The translations under genes were made by a program, and so were the position numbers. The notes below the pieces were generated by a model, which ran no database searches, was not told the origin of the DNA, and worked only from the letters and a program-made list of their open reading frames with translations. This document shows, piece after piece, positions 1-14,400 of a DNA stretch of 64,000 bases. Within the stretch, counting starts at the first letter, position 1; each line of letters begins with the position of its first letter. Source of the stretch: Cenococcum geophilum (Eukaryota); assembly GCA_050273025.1 (NCBI GenBank), contig CP158635.1, forward strand, positions 31,062,001 through 31,126,000, written 5' to 3'.

Positions 1-3000
1 TATCCAGGTAGGCTGTATAGAAGTCATTGAGGTAGTTAAAGAGTACATTGTTTATATATTGTTGGTACGTAGTAGGTCTATTAGTTAGTCTAAAGGGGAG
101 TACTTTATATTTATATAATCCGTATTAAGTCTAAAATATAGTAAGGTTTATAGATCTGGGGTTTATCCTAATTTAGTAGAAGGCCTAGTAGATATTGAGC
201 TTTATAAATACCTTAGCTCTATTTATTCAGGCCAGCGTCTTATCTAGTAAGGGCAGCGGATAACGGTCTTTGCGGGTTATATTATTAAGCTTATAGTAGT
301 TAATACAGAAACAAAGTCCTTTATTTAGCTTTTTTGTAAAGAGAATAGGGGAGGTAAATAGGGCCTAACTAGGCTTAATAAACCCCTTTACTAGGTTGTC
401 CATAATATACTACTTAGTGGCCTATAATTCGGCAATAGATTATTTATAAAGGGGGGTATAGCCAAGGACGTTTTCCTTGTCTGGTTTAATCTTAATCTTA
501 TAGTTATATAGTTAGTAGGGTAGAAGCATATTAAATGCTGCCTTAGAGAATACGTCCTTAAACTCTTAGTACTAATAGGGTAGTTTCCGTTCTACTAGCT
601 CCTTATCTATAAGCTTATCCTCCTCTTAGGCTAGGGTCTCTTTTTCTTTAATTATTTAATTAATTTTATATAAGCTAGTTATAAAGGCAATAGTATTAGG
701 CTAGACCAAGTTCTAGTAGAATCCTACAGCGCCAATACAGCAGATATTAACTAGTGGGAGGTCCACAGGTTTCCTTATAGCCGTTTACCGGACCGTATTT
801 TATGGTCTAGGGTTTATAATCTTTCTTAGCTCCTATTCCATCTTCCGTAAGTTATTCCTCCAGTTTATCAGTTTAGTATAGTGTCTAATATTCCTTACTA
901 TTCTTTATAGCTGTATAGGGCCTAAGCTCTCTATAGGGGGCTTTTTAGGGTTATTACTAACTTCCTGGGTCTTTAATACGGGTAGCGTGATATAGGTAGT
1001 TTGGGGGCGGCGTAGTATACAAATCTGTTATAAATTAAGCTATACGTCTTTCTTAAAGGCCTAGTCCCTACGTATAGTATCGGCCTGGTAAATAGTATTA
1101 ATCTAGGGCCGTATAAGATTTTCTATTATAATGCTAATTTCTTTTATAAAGGAAGGAGTTAGGGGTAGGGTTTTGGGCTAGATAAGCCGTCTACTCTATA
1201 CGTCTAGCTGTAAGCCTAAATAGGCTAGCTATTTTCTCCCTAAGATTATATTATGGCTTCCTAGGTCCGTAATAAGGAAGGGGACGTTATATTACCTTCG
1301 TCCGTTAACACGAAGGTAAATTCGCAATATAGTTGTGATAGGTGGTCCTACCTATCCGTTATACCTATAAATAGGAATTGGCTTGGGCAGTTCTTCCAGA
1401 GGCGCATTTAAAAAGTCAGCCAGTTTTACAGCGCACTTTATGTTAATTAAGGTAAAGGCATTTACTCCTAAGTCAGCTAAAGCAGAGGTTAAAACTTAAT
1501 ATCTATTACGGAATAAAGTATAAGGGATAGTGTAGCTTCTTTCACTAACTAGCCAATTTAGATCAATATGTAACATGTTAATTCCTTTTAACCCTAAGGA
1601 GAAGTCTTCCCCTAGGGTTCCTCTTTTTCTAACTCTATGCCATCCTCCTAAATTAATAGAACCTTATTTGTCTTTACCTTTATTAAGCAGTTCCTTATAG
1701 GGTAGCTAGGTTAACCGCATAAGAAGCAAGCTCCTTAATCGCTAAGGGCCTATATATAGGGGTCGCTGTATATAGGCCGGGTGTACACCGGACCCGTAGT
1801 AGGGGTAGCTGCGCGGCTAGCTGCTGGGTTAACTATAGGCTAAGCGGCTAGTACTATAGGGGTTGCCAATTGTGCCAGGGCACTACGGGCCGTTCTCGTA
1901 GTACTTATAGCCTGGTTTACGAGGTTTCTAGTTTTTAGCTAATTAGCGCGTACCTTAATTTAATAGAGGCCTTAGTTAATAGCTAGGCAATAGTTTATAA
2001 GTTCTTTTAACGTCTATGCCGTAGTATAAGCTGGTAATACGGCCCGCTATAGGTCTAGGGTAAGCTTATCAAAGAGGTCTGGCAGTAGGTCTTCTTAGGG
2101 GATCTAGGCCTATCCGGCCAGGTGTAAAAAGCGGGTCTAAAAGGCTAAAAAGGTCTCCGCTATTTTTATATTTAGACTTTTATAGCTAAGGCGGGCGTTC
2201 TATACCCTAAAAGGGTCCTTATAAATAGAAGACAGGTAGTTAATTATTTCTTCCTCTAAAATAAAAGGGTTTGCTAAGTCTATAGTGTATTACGGGCGTA
2301 AATACATCTAGGCGTCTCCGCCAGTACGGCTAAAGACGTAGGCCATCTTAGCTCGGGGGGTAGGAAAGTAGTTAGTATTAACTTTAAGCTTATCCCGTAA
2401 TTAAAGCTTCCAGTTATTAAATATCAGGTTTATTCCATCCGTAAGTAGCAGGGGATCCGCAACCTTTGCTAACCGCTTTAGTACTGCATAGGCCTTAGTA
2501 GATCCACTAAGGCGCTAGGATAGGGCCTAAAGAACTGTAGTAAGTCTTTAGTTATCTAATAATAACTCATCATTAGATACAGGGGTATCTCTAGCTTTAA
2601 GCAGCTCTCGCAGTTATTTAATTTCAGTATTAGCTGCCGCAAGCTCCGCCTGGGGGGTTAAAACATTAATTATTTCTTTATCTAAGGTATTTAAGGGTCC
2701 TACAGCTGCTTTACCTGCTGCTATATTTCGTGGCATAGTAGTAGGGGTATTAGGTAATTCCGGGTAATTTCTTTAGGGGTTCTGGTCTATGCGTGTCTTA
2801 TAAGTCCTTTCCTTAGGGTTCTATTCTTTTCCTTAGGGTCTTGTTCTATATTCTTGTCCTATTTATAGTCTTATAGATATATTTAAGTTCCTTCTCAGGA
2901 AGAGAGAGTAGAAAGAGCTTTAGATAATATTAGCGACTCAGTCAATCGAGACATTAGCACGGCAAAAGGGTCGCGCAAGCCTATACGATTAGATTGTCTA

Positions 3001-3152
3001 TAAACGAGAATCTAAAGCTAAAGAAAAGGAAAGGAAAGGATAAGCAGCAACGCGAGGAGTTATATACGATCCCTAGTCACGTGAGAGTCACGTAAGCCCT
3101 GCGTCTACCATAACGTCTACCATAGCTGCCGCTTTCTGCCAGTGCCGTAACA
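1..3152 (-). mobile_element. RIP-degraded Ty3/Gypsy LTR retrotransposon, 5' part (LTR, gag, protease, start of RT); runs off the window
   Basis: LTR about 2928-3152 (minus strand starts TGTTACGGC). gag ATG at about 2736, zinc-knuckle remnant CFLCG at about 1720, protease-like ALADLG at about 1480, RT-like [10 protein letters not shown] at about 230-265. Many TAA/TAG stops from C>T changes. Confidence 0.85.
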
Positions 3153-3372
3153 TATATTATGGCGATATTGTAGCTCTATTCTACAAGAAGTTAGATATAG
3201 GTAGTTGGTCAGTTTACGATTTTGCCTTACTGCCAAAACTTACGTACTTCTCTAGGTCTAATTATTTCTAAAATACTATAAGCTAAAAGCTCTTTGTCTT
3301 CTCTATCGCCTCTATATTATAGCAATATTGTAGCTCTATTCTATAAGAAGTTAGATATAGGTAGTTAGTTGG
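3153..3372. repeat. Direct repeat of about 60 bp, two copies (about 3153 and 3313)
   Basis: TATATTAT(G/A)GC(G/A)ATATTGTAGCTCTATTCTA(C/T)AAGAAGTTAGATATAGGTAGTT occurs twice. Confidence 0.8.
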
Positions 3373-3618
3373 TTTTAGTTAAAATCTATAAAACATTCAA
3401 ATTAAAATCTAACTTACGTTCTGCGACGATGTATCTCGCCCCCTAGTATTCTTAGTAGGGGGTTATAATTTATAAATATATAGATATAATTACCTAAAGA
3501 ATCTATTATATTAATAAAATATATAATAACTCTTATAGTAAGGACGTCGCTTATAGAAATATATAAAATTTGATTTTTAAAACATTCAAATCTCACTAAA
3601 GCGACGCCCATAAGCTCT

Positions 3619-3765
3619 CAGACGCTTCGCAGAGGATTTTATCAGGTGACAGGGGTGCGCAGGGGGCTGAAATTAGTGCGCTGTTCTAATTGGTCCAGAA
3701 GAGGGTCTATGCGTTACCCATGTCACGGAACAAATCTTCTGCGGAGCGTCTAATTCATGAGATAA
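3619..3765. mobile_element. Putative right terminus of a DNA transposon with a subterminal hairpin
   Basis: Imperfect inverted repeat GACGCTTCGCAGAGGATTT..GTGACA / TGTCAC..AAATCTTCTGCGGAGCGTC, followed by ATTCATGAGATAA. This end resembles the GTCTGGGAACGAGACAA end of the neighbouring element. Confidence 0.5.
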
Positions 3766-3860
3766 TACCAGACCTTCTAACGAAGGTCTTGCCAAAAGCG
3801 GGTAGCGTCTTGGCAAGGTAAGCCTTGGCAAGAAGGTCTGGGAACGAGACAAAGGGAACG
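3766..3860 (+). repeat. 95-bp direct repeat of 33723-33817 (orphan right end plus target site of the TIR element family)
   Basis: Two mismatches between the copies; internal hairpin CCAGACCTTCT..AGAAGGTCTGG. Confidence 0.9.
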
Positions 3861-4429
3861 TTATCTCGGTCCCAGACGATCATCCAATCACAAGCTGCTT
3901 ATATAAAGATTAATCAGCTTATAATAATGATCGTCTGGTACATAGTTCGGAAATTTATTAGTCCCGCGCGCTAATTTATATATGATCCTTATACAAACTC
4001 GCGCGCTATACTAAATTTTCAGCCATTAATCAATAACAAACCAACGCCTTTATAAACAATCGGCCAACGTTATGTTCTAGAACTTTATAAGGCGATTCCA
4101 ACGCTGCCAAAATTATTGCGAACGGCCTAGTGGTTACCGCTACGTTTCGCCTTAAATATTACCGCCAAAGCAGTAAACATTCAGCTAGAGCCATTAACCA
4201 TCACCAATTCTTAACGTTTAACCTCCTATATTAATATTTATAGTAGATAAACACCTAAGTGGCTAATATATTATATCTAGATTCATTCTGTACCTTATTA
4301 CCTGCTTTATTGCTCCTCTACTGCCTGCACAAACGCCTATACAAAAGGCTGTACGAAGCCTGCACGAAGCCCGCACGAAGCCTATATGACACCTACACGA
4401 CGCCTGTACGAACGCCTGCACAAACACAA

Positions 4430-5566
4430 CCTCTATATAAAGCTCTGCACGAGGCTCTGCACGAAGCTCTACACAAAGCTCTGCACGAGGCTCTGCTTAA
4501 AGCTCTGGTCGAAGCTCTGGTCGAAGCTCTAGTTGAAGCTCTGGTCGAAGCTCTGGTCGAAACTTTGGTCGAAACTCTGGTCGAAACTCTGCTTGAGGCT
4601 CTGCTCGAGGCTCCGCTCAGAGCTCTGGTCGAAGCTCTGGTTAAAGCTCTGGTCGAAGCTCTGGTCGAAGCTCTAGTCGAGGCTCTGGTCGAGGCTCTGG
4701 TTGAAGCCCTATATAGAGTTCCAAAGCTCTACTAACACGCAGCGCTAATATACTAGGAAGGTTCTGCATTCGCCCGTACGAACGCCCATATGAACGCCCA
4801 TACAATCAATCGATCAATTGCCCATACAATCGTCTCTACAAACGTCTCTGCAATTGATCGCCCGTACGAATGTCCGCACGTCTGCACAGCTACACGTCTG
4901 TACGCCTGCACGTGACTCTGCACGAAGTCTGCACGAAGCTCTGCGCGAAGCCCTGCACGAAACTCTGCGCGAAGCCCTGCACGAAGCTCTGCACGAAGCT
5001 CTGCACGAAGCTCTGTGAAAGCTCTACTCGAAGCTCTGCTCGAAGCTCTGCTTAAAGCCCTATATAGAGCTGCAAAGCTCTACTAACACGCAGCGCTAAT
5101 ATACTAGGAAGGTTCTACAATCGCCCGTACGAACGTCCGTACGAACGCCCATACAATCGTCTCTATAAACGTCTCTGCAATTAATCGCCCGTACGAACGT
5201 CTGCACGTCTGCACATCTACACCTCTACACGCCCGCACGTGGCTCTACACGAAGCTCTGCACGAAGCTCTGCACACGAAGCTCTGCACGAAGCTCTGCAC
5301 GAAGCTCTGCACGAAGCTCTGCACGAAGCTCTGCATAAAGCTCTACACGAAGCTCTGCTCGAAGCTCTGCACGAAGCTCTGCATGAAGCTCTGCATAAAG
5401 CTCTACACGAAGCTCTGCTCGAAGCTCTGCTCGAAGCTCTGCTCGAAGCTCTGCTCGAAGCTCTGCTCGAAGCTCTACGCGAAGCTCTGCACGAAGCTCT
5501 ACGCGAAGCTCTACTCAAAGCTCTAAACGAGGCTCTACTCAAAGCTCTGCACAAGGCTCTGCTTAA
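4430..5566 (+). repeat. 12-bp minisatellite arrays GAAGCTCTG(CAC/CTC/GTC) with higher-order duplication
   Basis: Three arrays (about 4440-4710, 4910-5060, 5240-5566). Spacer 4705-4870 is duplicated at about 5053-5220. Confidence 0.95.
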
Positions 5567-7480
5567 AGCGGTAACTATAGAATAGTAGAATATGGCGTAC
5601 TAACTAAATAGGCCACCCGTATATATATTAAGGTAAGGTATTTAAAATAGAGATGCTTTGCTAGCTATACATTTAGACCTAGGACCTTTATCCATAGTAG
5701 AAAGGCGGCTATAGATTCTACCTTCAATAGTTCTTTATATTAGGGGATAGTTTGTATTAACTATAGGGTGCTTTATATAGCTGCGTCTTATTTTTTCGCT
5801 ACCTCCTTCTATTATCGCTTTTATTTAAGATTTATCTATCTTATAATTGGTATAGTAGATCTCTATCTATATTAGTAGCCTCCTATCCTCTATTACCGTT
5901 ATAGCGCTCTACTAGTATAGCGCTAGGTCTCCGCCTGGTAAGTTAATAGTTCTTATATTTCCTTTTTTCTCTTTACCGCTTATAGGTAAAGGGCTTCCTA
6001 GCTAGTATACTTAGCGTATTACCCCTTTAAGGGGCCCTCGCTCCTTATATATATCTCATTCCTTATATACATTTTAGTATTTAGTATATATTTTCTTCTA
6101 CTAAGTAGCTTTATACTATAACTGCTCTCTATATAGTAGTTAAGTTAATATATAAGTTTAGTAATAGAATTACTACTTCGCGTTCTAGTATAGCGCGTAG
6201 TGTTCTTTTATAGGCCCCTATAGTCCTATATAAGTACTAGTTTTATAGCTTAGTTAGCGGCGCTAGGGAGCTGTATAATTACAGCACCTGCTGTACTAAC
6301 CGCGTGCTTACGCGGTTCGATACACCAAGTACGCGTTTACGCGTTCGGTTCGCTTACGCGTCTAGTACACTCCTGAAACACTAGCTTAGGGGGGAGGTGC
6401 GTTAGTATATAGACCACGTAGCCCACCTCAATAGAATCGACAGTTACCACCGTCTAAATAAGCATACGATACTATACGTATTTCGTACCCCTAGACACGA
6501 CTCACTTATACCATTAAATTGGTACCAACAGGAGCTTTTTATTAGCACCTTACTGCCTAGTCCTAGGCCCTAGATCTAGAAGCCGTATAGTATTATTAGC
6601 CTTACTACTACTATATATAGTAGGCGTGTATATTTAAAAGGTCCTTATATTAATATAGCAATTTATAATACTATTAAAAATACTACTACTCCCCTATAAA
6701 TCGCCTATATAATATACTCATTTTAGTTTAACCTAGAGTCTACCTAGACCCTTAGGACCTTAAGAGTAGCTTCTAGTTTTACTTTATATCCCTAGATATT
6801 TACTATTAAAGCTAGGTCGCTACTTACCCTCTTTTTCCTTATAAAGTATATAAGCTAGTATTTATCTAATGCAAATTTAGCGCTATATTGTTTTGCCTAT
6901 ATAATATACCTATTATACGCCTAGTTTAGCCTAGTATAGTTTTCTACTAGAGTATTTCTCTATATAATTAGGTTTATATTATCTATAAATCCTAAAGCTA
7001 TTATATCCTAGCTATTATTATATATCTCTAGTAGTTTAGATATAAAGAAAAGAAATAGGGTTAGTAATAGGGTTAATCGCTATAAGATACCTAGTATAAT
7101 TCGCTTTTATAGCTCTTAATTATAATTTTTATAGTACGCCCTATTAGGAAAACTTAGATAAACTTAATTATCTAGTCTAGTAGGCCCTTATTTCTTAAGA
7201 TTTATATAAGTCTCTTATATAGTATATTATTAAATACTTTGCTTAGGTCTAGGCTTAGTATAGATATAATATATCCTAGGTAATCTTACTATACCGCTTA
7301 AATACTAGAGGTAATTAAGGAGAGGGCTAAGAGGGTTAATCTTTTCTTTCTTATACCTATTTATATCTATAATAGTAGCTCCTATACTTCCGCCGCCTTT
7401 TATATACGTTCTATAACTATCTTTTCTAAAAGGTTTTCTAGTATACTATAAGTATATAATAATAAGTTTTAAAACGTTAG
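5567..7480 (-). mobile_element. RIP-degraded Tad1-like LINE, 3' part (RT to C-terminus)
   Basis: RT motif remnant GFIDNIN (from GFVDD) at about 6970-6992; homologous to 14100-15240 (+) and 32180-32830 (-). Confidence 0.8.
6272..6530. mobile_element. Solo LTR
   Basis: TG...CA ends; 5-bp TSD GGAGC (6267-6271, 6531-6535). The empty site is visible in the paralogous LINE at about 32750. Confidence 0.9.
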
Positions 7481-8419
7481 TAGGTATTATATTAATTTTA
7501 ATCTCTATAAAGGGTTTTAAAAACTATATCTTAAATATACTTTTATATAATTACCTAATAAGTATAATTAAAGCTATAATGGTCTATTATAGGATTATTA
7601 TAATTCCTTTAAAAGATCTTTTAATAAAGCAAATTTTTTTTAGGTATTAAAACTTTACTCTTTTATTATATAAGATTATTTTAATTAAGAAATATAATCT
7701 TTTATACTAATAGGCATTTCCCCCTTTATAACTTCTTATAAATAGTATAAGAATTAGTAACCTTATCCTATACTATTTAAATATTGTTTAGAAGGTTCTT
7801 TTTTAAAAGTTATTTTTAGTAAAAGCTATTACTATTACTTCTTACTATAGTATATAACTCTATATAAAGTCTATACTAGTAGGTTAATATATAATATAGA
7901 TACTACTTATAAAGTTATTATAATAGAGTACCTTAGCTTATTAGTACTATAGTTATAAAGGTCATTTATATACTTTTTATAGTATAGTTAATGTAGTAGT
8001 ACTAGATAAGCCTCCTGTAAGGCTTATTAACTATAACTTTTACTATATTATTAGTAGTATAGTATTAAGGATTATCCTTTTACTGCCTTTTTAAAACTCT
8101 TTTATATAGTCTAAGTAATATAATAGGATATTTACTAGGTTTAACTTACTAAGTTTATATTTAATCTTATAATTAAACTTAGTTAATTCCTTTATATAAT
8201 GAGCCTAGTATACTAATTAGCTCTTTATAATTATTAAGTATATATTATATATAGAGTATATTAAAAATAGCACCCCTATACTTTAAAGCTTTATACTATA
8301 GTATAAAGCTCTTTATTATAGGTATTATATTAAACCTCTAGCTATAATATATAATAGGGTATAAGTATTATAGTATATATAAAGTCTAAGGCATTAGTAA
8401 TAATTATTAAAGAGAAATT

Positions 8420-11400
8420 AGGGTTAAAGTATAGAAGAGTAGCTTATATAAATATATACATAAAGTATATAAGACGCTTATATATCTATAGATAAAGCCG
8501 CTATAGTAGTAGAACGCGCCTACTACTTATTTAATAAAGAAATAACCACTCCTAATTAAATTTAGGGTATAATATACCTTAGAGCTAATATATATAGTAC
8601 AGCTAGAAAGCCTACGCGATATAGAAGGGTTGTAATAAACTTAAAAGTAGGATGCTGTATAGAAAAACATAACATTATAATATACTTAATAGGAGACGAC
8701 CTAACTATAATAACTAAAGGATAATAACTAGAAATAGTAGAAACTTATAAATATTCTAAAAGACATTAAAGAAGATCTAGAGAAGGGAGAAGATAATTAC
8801 CTATATATAGGGGTAGCGCATATAGCTTAATAGGCAGAGCGAATCGCCTAGAAACTATAGATAAGATATAATAGGAATTAGAACGCTATAGAGAATAGGT
8901 GTATTAAAGATACGATAAAATTATAGGGAACACTAATAACGTATATAATAAAGCCCTTATAGGCTAATATTACGGCCAGCGCCTAACTAGTGCCCCCTTA
9001 GCATATACCTAGCGTAGCACCTATTAGGTCTATAGTTAGGGTCTAAATACTAAAAGTTATAGAAGTAGAGCTAAAATAGATCCTTATATTAATTAGAGTG
9101 TATATACTAAAGGCAGTAGTAGTAAGGGTCCTATATAGTAGTAGTATAGAGGTTATACTCCCTAACTAATAGGTAAAGGACTAGGCTATTACCTAGGGAG
9201 ATATATATAAGTATAAAATCCTCTACTAAAACTACCTAGTTAAAGTAATTAGGGTACCCCTTAATATATAAGTAGAAAGTAGGCAAGGCGCTATAAATTT
9301 ATAACTTATCTAAAAGATTATAAAGGTTATTATAAAGCTAGTCCTAGGAATTACTATATCTAAAGTTATATAAGTTTATATAGCTTTATAAAGTACGTAT
9401 AATATATATAGAGGTATTACTAGGGTTCTAAAGGGTTAAAATATATAGTACTTTAATAATTAGCCTACTAATCTAAGAGATATAAGCGGCTGTAACGTAT
9501 CCCGCCTTACGTTACTATACGGCTAAAAAGATATTAAGTACTTATAAACTTATTATAAGCATAGCGGGATCTAATATATATACTCTTATAGCGCCGGTAG
9601 TATATAAAGAAATAGTTTAAATAACCTCTAGTATAAAGCCCGGCTAGACGTAAATAGAAAATACCTATAAGTTACTAGACTAACTAATACTATAAAAGGG
9701 CTAATAATAGTATAATATAACTACAGATACTTAAACTATAGAGTAATGCGTCCTTTATTTAATAGCTTAGATCTAGAAGAGTACTAGATAATAGCTATAT
9801 AGGAACTAGTATATAAAAAGTAAACCCGTAAAATATACTAACTAAAAGGATACTACCTCCTATACAAACTAGATATACTACCTATATATACTTCCTAGTT
9901 AGTTAACGTATTAATATATAAGTATAGAGCTACTATACTATTAGACCTAATATAGGCAAACTATAAGTAGCTACTAATAGAGGCTAAACTAGTATAATTA
10001 ATATTTACGATCTAAGGGATAATAAGCCCTAAATTACTATATAGTGACTACTTTAATAAGCTATTAATATAGCGGAAGGTAAGGTAATAGTCTTAAGGGA
10101 CTTTAATATATACTATATATTATAGGGAGGATAGTAGGCTATAGTTAAGGTATAGGCGATTTACTTACTAAATAAGCTAGAAACGCAGGGCCTTGCCTTA
10201 ACTACTCTAACTAACAAACCTACCTAGAAAAGAGAAACCTAAGAGAGTATAATCGACCTTATATTTATATAAGAAATACTTATAAACCGACTAGTATTTT
10301 ACGGACTAGAAAATATATAATTAATTACTATTAACTATATATCTATATAAATAATACTTAACTTTACCGCACTAATATAATAAACCTACTAAAGATACGT
10401 TACTAATAAACTTAACTAGGAAAGATATACCTAGGAAGTTACTAATAGGCTAGCAGCTATACCCTAGGTATTACTAGAGGATATTTAAAGGATTATAAGT
10501 AACTACTTAGAAGAATCCTACCTAAAGGCTTAGCCTAGTAAACATGCCCGCTATAAGTAGTTACTAAAGGCGGCCTAGCTACTCACGGGCGCTAAAAAAA
10601 GTAAGGCGATAGTATAGTGTAATAGGCGAAGCCTACTACTAATAGAGCTATAAAGTCCTGTCTGTATAAGTAGAGGTTGTAAATAGTGTTACGCGCAGAG
10701 CGTATACGGCAGGGGCCGCATAGCGTAGCGTAGGTCACCTGACCGCCTACGGCCCGATAGATAGTCCGACCTCAGCCCCCCCTATTTAGGCACCGCGATC
10801 CTTATAATCCTCTAGAAGAAAAAGCAGCAGAAATTAATTAAAACCAAAAACCCCCCTACCGTGGTTCCAACACTGATTAGTGCCGCATAGATTAGTAAGG
10901 TATAACGAAGAGAGGCACTGTTTAATTCTCTAGACCTCTTATTAAAGGCTAAGAATTAAGGTATTGCTTGCTAAGCCTAAAGGCCAGTTTATAAGGTTCC
11001 TTGCGCTTCTAACCTACGTCTATTACGCCTTTAGAATAACTAGTTTATGGTTGTTTCTACGCTTCTAGTCTAACTGTTAAATCAACTACGGAACCAAAAG
11101 ATGGCTACCTCCGCGATAAATACCGAAAAATTTACCTCCGCGATAGATACCGAAAAATCTACCTCTGTAATAGATACCAAAAAATAGGAGACTGGAATTA
11201 ACGCGACCGTAACCAATATTAAGGAAGTTAAAGCATTTATTAATTGGCGTTTATTAATATATAAGGAGAATGGATAGAAGGGATTTGACTTATGGGAGAG
11301 CTTTATTAACGACTTTGAGTTATTTATAAGGGATATACTTAATGACCTTGGCAAGGATCGATTAAAAAAAATCAGGGATTACCTCCGTGAAAATGGCATA

Positions 11401-14400
11401 TATATACGGAAGGAGGCAAGGAAGTCAATTATAGACGGCCTTTTAGGAGCTATTTACGAACCAACTCCCTTAAAATGGCCTACTGACGACCCTACTAACG
11501 ACCCTACTGACGGCCCTACTGACGACCCTACCGACGGCCCGACCGACAACCCTATCGACGACTCTACCCTAGCTCTACCATTACTATCGACTACCCCCGT
11601 TCAAATTATTCAGCTAACCCCAGTAACTACCCCCCTAACTTTAGCATAAATTACCTAAGCTATAGACCAGCTTGCCTTATAAGGAAGCTTTAGAAGAGAG
11701 ATTACTAACTTAGCTAAGCTCTATACGGATGAAGTTAAATACTCTAGCAAATAAGATAACTTTGATTTTAAGTTTAAGATCTTCTAAAACTACTGCCTCT
11801 AAGCCGGCGTCCCTAAGTAGGCCTATATTATTACTATTCCAACTATACTCCGCGGCCTTGCTCTTAAATACTACTTTACCTACCTTAAAGATCTTAACCT
11901 TCTTGAGAATGTATGCATAGGCCTTAAATTATACTTTAAAGGCGATGAATATAAACGTGATATCCTATTAAAGTGGAATGCAATTACGCTTAAATAAGTT
12001 ACTGCTTAAAAAGGATTTAATACAGGCCAAGCATTTCAGATATTAATTAACGAGATGTGGCAGCTACAACGTGGGTTAGTAAAGGACCTCTAAAATAACA
12101 CAACATTCTATAATAAGCTCCTTACTGCGTGCTAAGACGTACTAGCCTATAAACCAGCCTGCTTTTAACCCGCTACTACCCTTACCAGCCTTATTAGCGA
12201 CATTAAATCCTTAATCGTAACATACGGTAAATAAGAACTAGAGATTAAATTATTTTATACTAACTAACGATACCACTCCTCTAACTAATAATAGTACTCC
12301 CCTAATCGTTAATACCGCAATAAGGGCAAAAAGTGCTTTATATGCAGTAAATCTGGATATTAGTCTACAAACTATATAAAGGAAGAAAGGGACTAAAGAA
12401 TATATTAATACATCTCCGATTTTAAGGGCAGCAACGGCAATACTAACGACAACAATAATAACTAAGGGGATACCTTTAGAGCTTCTAACTTCTACCTTAA
12501 TATAGAACCCTGTCCTAGCTATTACGGCGACCCTAAGGTAGAGGCGTTTTAGACTAAGTTTATAAAGGGAGAGGGATAGAGATTATAGATACCTTAGTAA
12601 CACCTTATACGCGCCTACCCGTTTCCACCGCAATATCCGAATATTTACGACATCCGCAATATCCGTAATATCCATAACAATATCCGCAATGTCTGCAATA
12701 TCCGCAATATTCACAATACCCAAAATATCCGCGATTACTGCCTTAAGCACCTGTTGACGTATATACTTCTCCTTTATACTTTTTTTACCTTCTTTCCTTT
12801 TTGTAAATGTTGCCAGTGTCTATATAAGTAGAGGTTATAAATAGTGTTATGCGCAGAGCGTATGCGGCAGGGGCCGTATAGCGTAGCGTAGGTCACCTAA
12901 CCGCCTACGGCCTGATAGATAGTCCGACCTCAGCCCCCCCTATTTAGGCACCGCGATCCTTACGATCCTCTAGAAGAAAAAGTAGCAGAAATTAATTGAA
13001 ACCAAAAACCCTCCTACTATGGTTCCAACAAGTCCTAAAATATAGGCTTAAGAAGATAATATAGAAAGAGGGTAAAAATAACTAGCGCTAATTCCTAAAA
13101 GAAATTACCTTTAACCCTATTAAACTATATAATAAAGGACTTTAGCGTATATTAAAGTAGAGTAGGTAAGCCGCTAAGAAGATACTAGAGGATCCCTACT
13201 TACCTATACTCTACTAGATAGAATAGGACTAGTATATAAATAATAATAAGGAAAAAAAATATTAAAAGAGAGGTTCTTTTTAGGCGCGGGCTAAGTAGAT
13301 CTAGATATTAGTAGCTAAACTTACCCCTTACCTCTAGAAATAAGCTATACAGTATTAGTAAAGAAATAAAAAATACTATATAAAAGCTCCCTACTAGTAA
13401 AGCGCTAGGGCTAAACAAGATTCTATATAAAATAATTTAAAGCCATAGTAAAAGCGGTAGTAATACTACTTACTAATACTATAACTACCTACCTCTAGGG
13501 AGGCGAACTACCTAAATACTTTAAAGTAATAACTATAGTCGTCTTATAAAAGGTAAAGAAAAAAAACTACTTCTTTTTAAGAAGCTACTAACTAATTACC
13601 CTAGAAAATACCCTAAGAAAGCTTTTAGAAAAGATAGTTATAGAACGTATATAAGAAAAAGTAGAGGTATAGGAGCTACTACTATAGATATAAATAGGCG
13701 TAAGAAGAAACAATTAACCCTCTTATTTATAAATCTTAGAGCTATTATATCTTAGTTATTATTATATATCTCTAGTAGTTTAAATATAAAGGAAGGGGAA
13801 TAGGATTAGTAATAGAGGTAATCTCTAAAGAATACCTATAGGTATTAGTATTAATTCACTTTTATAGCTCTTAATTATAATTTTTATAATATGCCCTATT
13901 AGAAAGGTATAGATAAACTTAATTATCTAGTTTAGTAGGCCTTTATTTCTTAGGATCTATAAAAATCTCTTATATAATATATTATTAAAGGCTCCGCTTA
14001 GGTCTAGGCTTAGTATAAATATAGTATATCTTAGGTAAGCTGGCTATACCGCTTAAATACTTAAGGTAATTAAAGAGAGGGATAATATAAACCTAATTAT
14101 ATAGGGAAATATAGTAGTAAAAAACTGTACTAGGCTAGACTAGGCGTATAATAAGTACATTATATAGGTAAAACAATACTATATTAAATTTACACTAGAT
14201 AAACACTATCTTATTTACTTTATAAGGAAAAGGAAGACAAGTAGTAACCTAACCTTAATAGTAAATATCTAGGGCTATAAAGTAAAACTAGAAGCTATCC
14301 TTAAGGTCTTAGGGGTTTTAGTAAAGTCTTTACTAGACTAAAACGTATATATTATATAGACGACCTATAGGGGAGTAATAGCATTTTCGGCAGGATTATA

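Noticed and set aside
4259..5554. ORFs with EALH/EALV/TKLC repeats (also 32988-33558)
   Set aside because: They are translations of a stop-free 12-bp minisatellite that is open in several frames.
4430..5566. CRISPR-like or telomeric array
   Set aside because: No unique spacers, eukaryotic context, and the unit is not TTAGGG.
7480..8420. Possible ribozyme or captured gene at the LINE 5' region
   Set aside because: Too heavily RIP-mutated; no fold or protein motif could be supported.
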